A stretch of 29,472 nucleotides of DNA from an uncultured bacterium (GTDB taxonomy: Bacteria; Joyebacterota; Joyebacteria; Joyebacterales; Joyebacteraceae), in NCBI GenBank assembly GCA_964521425.1, contig CAZFRO010000029.1, forward strand, positions 1 to 29,472, given 5' to 3'. The notes beneath the pieces are model-generated. The model made no database searches, had not been told where the DNA came from, and was given only the letters and a program-made list of their open reading frames with translations. A program made the translations under genes and the position numbers. Positions 26,831-29,472 of the stretch are shown one piece after another. The first letter of the stretch is position 1. Every line of letters begins with the position of its first letter.

Positions 26831-27894
26831 GCCTTTGCCATCTCCGTGACGACGTGCTTGATAGATTCCCTCATATCGATCCGGCCCATGCAGACATCGA
26901 TGCATCTGCCGCAGCCGGTGCACGAGACCGCGCCGTACCTGTCACGTGAATACTCCAACTTGCAGCGAATACGATTCTCCAGGCGCTGTGGCAGGTTCGG
27001 CCTCGAGTTGCCGCCTCCACCGGTCCTGGCATAGCCGATTGACAGACAGGTGTCCCAGTTCCGTGTTCGCTCGTAGCCGCCCTCCGCCCTCTGGTCCACA
27101 AGCAGGAAACACGTACACGACGGACAGGTGCGATTGCAGGCTCCGCAGCCGACGCAGTTCTGCGTGACGTATGCCCACGCGGCCTCGTCGCTACCCAGCT
27201 CGTGTTTGTCGTGGGCGACGTCGACTGCGTACTGAGCGTTCTGACGCTCGACGGCCGCCGTCACCGAGGCTCGGCTTCTGCTCCGCTCATCCTTGTGATT
27301 CGAGTCGACCGGAGTGAAGAGGTCGTCGCTCCCATCGAGGAGCTTCTCCCCCTTGTCCGAGCCGGTCGTGAGGATGTACCCGGACTCAAGCGGAGAGATG
27401 TTGAGATCGAATCCTTCGTCGACATACGGCTTCCCACCCATCATCGTGCAGAAACAGGTCTCCTTCGACGCGGTACAGTCGACGGAGACGAGGACGGTGT
27501 TCTGCCGCTTCTCAATGTAGAACGGGTCGTCGTATTCCTCTGTGAAGTGCTTCGTGCTCCAGTAGACCTTGTCGAATTTCTCGAGACCATCAAGGTCACA
27601 GGCCCGCGGTCCTACGACGATCGTCGCCGGCGCCTCCACGCTCGCCTCGGGATCGCTGCTCGGATACTTCGCGACCACCTCGCGCGCGTAGAAGAGGAAC
27701 GTCTTGGGGGACTGTGCTGGGCACGCCCCGTGGAGCTCAAGTTTGTCGGGGACCTCTTCCTTCACCAGCTCGTAGTCGGGTGTCTCCGAGTTGTTCATGA
27801 TGTCGAACGTGACCGGGACGTAGACCCTCTGGTTCTTGGCCCAGCGCCCGATGAGCTTGAGGAGGTTCTCTCGTCCGATGAAGACTTCTTTCAT
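26827..27894 (-). CDS. Iron-sulfur subunit (HydB/AsrA-like)
   Basis: Motifs CVGCGACNRTCPSC and CTGCGRCIDVC plus additional Cys. The start is reassigned to the ATG at 27894 (MKEVFIG...), which has GAGAGGG upstream. The upstream 45 codons of the track ORF (GTG at 28029) use AT-rich codons (AAA, GAA, CAA, AGA) that are atypical for this genome. Confidence 0.72.
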   Translation of the reverse strand: MKEVFIGRENLLKLIGRWAKNQRVYVPVTFDIMNNSETPDYELVKEEVPDKLELHGACPAQSPKTFLFYAREVVAKYPSSDPEASVEAPATIVVGPRACDLDGLEKFDKVYWSTKHFTEEYDDPFYIEKRQNTVLVSVDCTASKETCFCTMMGGKPYVDEGFDLNISPLESGYILTTGSDKGEKLLDGSDDLFTPVDSNHKDERSRSRASVTAAVERQNAQYAVDVAHDKHELGSDEAAWAYVTQNCVGCGACNRTCPSCTCFLLVDQRAEGGYERTRNWDTCLSIGYARTGGGGNSRPNLPQRLENRIRCKLEYSRDRYGAVSCTGCGRCIDVCMGRIDMRESIKHVVTEMAKA

Positions 27895-28224
27895 CCTGGC
27901 AAGCCCTCTCGCTTGGAGTTCTTTCGTTTTATCCGGCCGGCTCGTACGAGCCGTACGACCTTCCTGAGCGTAAATAAACCCCACATCGCTATTCGCTAGG
28001 AAAGCGATCCCGGGGTCTTTGTGTGCCACAGAGGTGGCTGGAACGCACCAGTCGTTGCCAGCAAGTAACAGTCAGTCCTTTCAACTGATTGTTGCTCGCG
28101 GGGCGAAGCCTGTGCGCTCTCCGCCCGCGCCACGGAACAAAAACGGGCCCGTATCGAGCCCTTATAGCCCAAGAGAGTCTAGCGGCCGGTGCGCGAACTG
28201 TCAAGCGCAAAAGGGGATAATCAG
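27895..28224 (-). promoter_or_regulatory. Leader/promoter region of the hydrogenase-Mrp operon, containing a 16-bp perfect palindrome and an upstream inverted repeat
   Basis: CGGCTCGTACGAGCCG (27938-27953) is a perfect palindrome 44 nt upstream of the ATG, with the direct repeat TCGTACG x2. ATCGCT-N12-AGCGAT lies at 27985-28008. An AT-rich patch taaataaa lies at 27971-27978 in an otherwise GC-rich context. Confidence 0.4.
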
Positions 28225-29229
28225 CTACCGCTTTGTCTCCATGAACCTGAGGTCCAGCTCGCCCTCACCGGCATCGTCATTGAGGATGTACTTCTTCACC
28301 GTGGAGAGCACGGTGTCCATCGTCTCGAGCCAGAGCCGGGTGCGGATGGTGCTCCGTCCGCTCCGGTACTCGGCGACGAGTGCGCGGAAGCGGTCCGCCT
28401 CACCCTGCGCTCTGTGAACGAACTCTGTGCTGTCGCCGCGTGCGGCGATGATCAGCGCCGCGCCCTCACCACGGGCCATCGGCACGACTCGGTTGGCGTA
28501 GCCGTTGGCCTCCTGGATAATGCGGTTCTTGTCCTCACGCGCACTGGCCACATCCCTGAACGAGTCAGCCACATCGCGCGGAGGATTGACCTCCTGGATA
28601 TGAGCCGCCACGAGTTCGATCCCTGTGCCGTAGGAGTCGAGTATCTCCTGCGCGCCCGCCTTGACGTAGCGCTCGATCTCGAGCTTCGCGGTGGTCAGTA
28701 CGTCATCAACGCTCGTGACCGCCACCTTCTCCGTCAGGACCGCCTCGCAGGCTTTCCGCACGAGCCAGTGCGGCTCCTCAACTCCGAACAGGAACGCCGC
28801 CGGATCCTTCACGACATACTGAATGAGAAGCTGTCCCTCTATGATATTCGCATCTCCGGTGACAAACTGCGTCTCCCGCGAGGTAGCGGCGAGCCCTCGG
28901 ACCCGATCGATGATCTTGTAGCCGATGCTCATTCTCTTGATGGACGTCACCTGGGGGGTCGCAACTCTGCCCACGGGCCACGGAGGCCGGTAGTGGATGC
29001 CTGGCTCTATGTTGGCGGAGACGAGCCGGCCGAAGCGTGTAACGACGCCCCGCTCGTCGGGCTCCACGACATATATGCCCGACAATAGATACATCGTCAG
29101 GAGGCCCAGCACGAAGAGCCGCGCGAGCCGCTTCACGCGAGGCAGACCGGCCTTCATGTCGGTCCCGACGCTCGCCTCATCGGCCCAGATGGCCCTCTTG
29201 TCGCTGCCCATGTCCTGCCCGTGGCTCAC
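28225..29229 (-). CDS. hflK: HflK-like SPFH/band-7 protein
   Basis: An N-terminal TM helix, then an SPFH domain. The C-terminus RAQGEADRFRALVAEYRSGRSTIRTRLWLETMDTVL resembles the HflK C-terminal region. The start is GTG 29229 or ATG 29211. Confidence 0.8.
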   Translation of the reverse strand: MSHGQDMGSDKRAIWADEASVGTDMKAGLPRVKRLARLFVLGLLTMYLLSGIYVVEPDERGVVTRFGRLVSANIEPGIHYRPPWPVGRVATPQVTSIKRMSIGYKIIDRVRGLAATSRETQFVTGDANIIEGQLLIQYVVKDPAAFLFGVEEPHWLVRKACEAVLTEKVAVTSVDDVLTTAKLEIERYVKAGAQEILDSYGTGIELVAAHIQEVNPPRDVADSFRDVASAREDKNRIIQEANGYANRVVPMARGEGAALIIAARGDSTEFVHRAQGEADRFRALVAEYRSGRSTIRTRLWLETMDTVLSTVKKYILNDDAGEGELDLRFMETKR

Positions 29230-29232
29230 CTG

Positions 29233-29472
29233 CTAGTTTCCCTTCCCGTCGAGGTACTTCAGGAGCTCGGAGTCGGAGGACAGGACGATCGTGGTCTGCT
29301 CGTCCATGAACGTCTTATACGACTCGAGGGTCCTCAAGAACTCGTAGAACTCCGGGTCGACGCTGTGCGCCGAGCTGTAGATACCCATCGCCCTGGCATC
29401 GCCGCGACCGCGAATGGCCTCCGCCTCGTGGTATGCGGTCGCGAGTATCTCCTGTCGCTCCCTGTCGGCAGC
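29233..29472 (-). CDS. hflC: HflC-like SPFH protein, C-terminal part (partial at the window edge)
   Basis: Hand translation of the minus strand gives ...EAEAIRGRGDARAMGIYSSAHSVDPEFYEFLRTLESYKTFMDEQTTIVLSSDSELLKYLDGKGN*. This resembles the HflC C-terminus (DPEFYAF.RSLEAY). Its stop lies 3 nt before the hflK start. Confidence 0.7.
   Translation of the reverse strand, partial: AADRERQEILATAYHEAEAIRGRGDARAMGIYSSAHSVDPEFYEFLRTLESYKTFMDEQTTIVLSSDSELLKYLDGKGN

Noticed and set aside
28021-28030. GTGCCA at 28023-28028 as the -24 half of a sigma-54 promoter for the minus-strand operon. Sigma-54 would be expected if an FhlA-like activator were involved.
   Set aside because: A minus-strand sigma-54 promoter would need WGCAA-N5-GTGCCA on the plus strand. 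The upstream bases (ggggtctttgt) do not supply the -12 element.
1-29472. CRISPR arrays, tandem repeats, IS elements, integrases, tRNA or rRNA genes.
   Set aside because: No regularly spaced direct repeats were seen. No transposase- or integrase-like ORFs were found. No tRNA-like T-loop/acceptor pairs appear in the intergenic regions 6819-7062, 13813-14028 or 27895-28224.

Overview
This is a GC-rich, gene-dense bacterial chromosomal segment. The ORF track calls ATG, GTG and TTG starts, so I re-judged several starts from RBS position and from the conserved N-terminus of the protein family.

Layout:
- 1-6.8 kb, plus strand: oligoendopeptidase F (HEXXH present), a small lipoprotein, and a tightly packed four-gene operon. 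That operon is YjbQ/UPF0047, an SDR-type NAD-dependent epimerase, an IU-type nucleoside hydrolase and a patatin-like phospholipase. A SAM-dependent methyltransferase sits on the minus strand at 2.6-3.4 kb.
- 7.0-13.8 kb, minus strand: a secretome locus. It holds a giant (about 1560 aa) gingipain-like C25 cysteine peptidase with FG-GAP/VCBS repeats, parallel beta-helix repeats and a C-terminal T9SS sorting domain. That domain points to the Fibrobacteres-Chlorobi-Bacteroidetes (FCB) superphylum. Two small secreted proteins follow it. The peptidase's signal peptide and propeptide lie in a separate upstream ORF, offset by a -1 frameshift.
- 14.0-28.0 kb, minus strand: the main finding. This is a single 17-gene operon bounded by a roughly 330-nt leader that contains a perfect 16-bp palindrome, and by a clean intrinsic terminator. 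The gene order is:
  - a HydB/AsrA-like Fe-S subunit,
  - a HydG/AsrB-like FAD/NAD(P)-binding [2Fe-2S] subunit,
  - an FdhF-like molybdopterin subunit that appears to lack the Sec/Cys molybdenum ligand,
  - a HycB-like poly-ferredoxin,
  - a NuoH-like membrane subunit,
  - a NuoB-like hydrogenase small subunit,
  - a split large subunit: a NuoC-like gene and a NuoD-like gene with intact NiFe motifs,
  - a complete Mrp/Mnh antiporter module (NuoL-like MrpA core, a separate MnhB/DUF4040 ORF, then MrpB, C, D, E, F and G),
  - a terminal NuoI/HycF-like ferredoxin.
  This looks like a group-4 [NiFe] hydrogenase fused to a full Mrp ion-translocating module, with an NAD(P)H/formate-type electron-input module. 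It resembles the Mrp-linked formate-respiring hydrogenases of Thermococcales, but here sits in a bacterial FCB-type genome with an atypical Fdh-like subunit.
- 28.2-29.5 kb, minus strand: an HflK/HflC-like SPFH protein pair, with the upstream protein partial at the window edge.

I found no rRNA, tRNA, CRISPR array, transposase or integrase. All family assignments come from motif recognition by eye. No database search was run.
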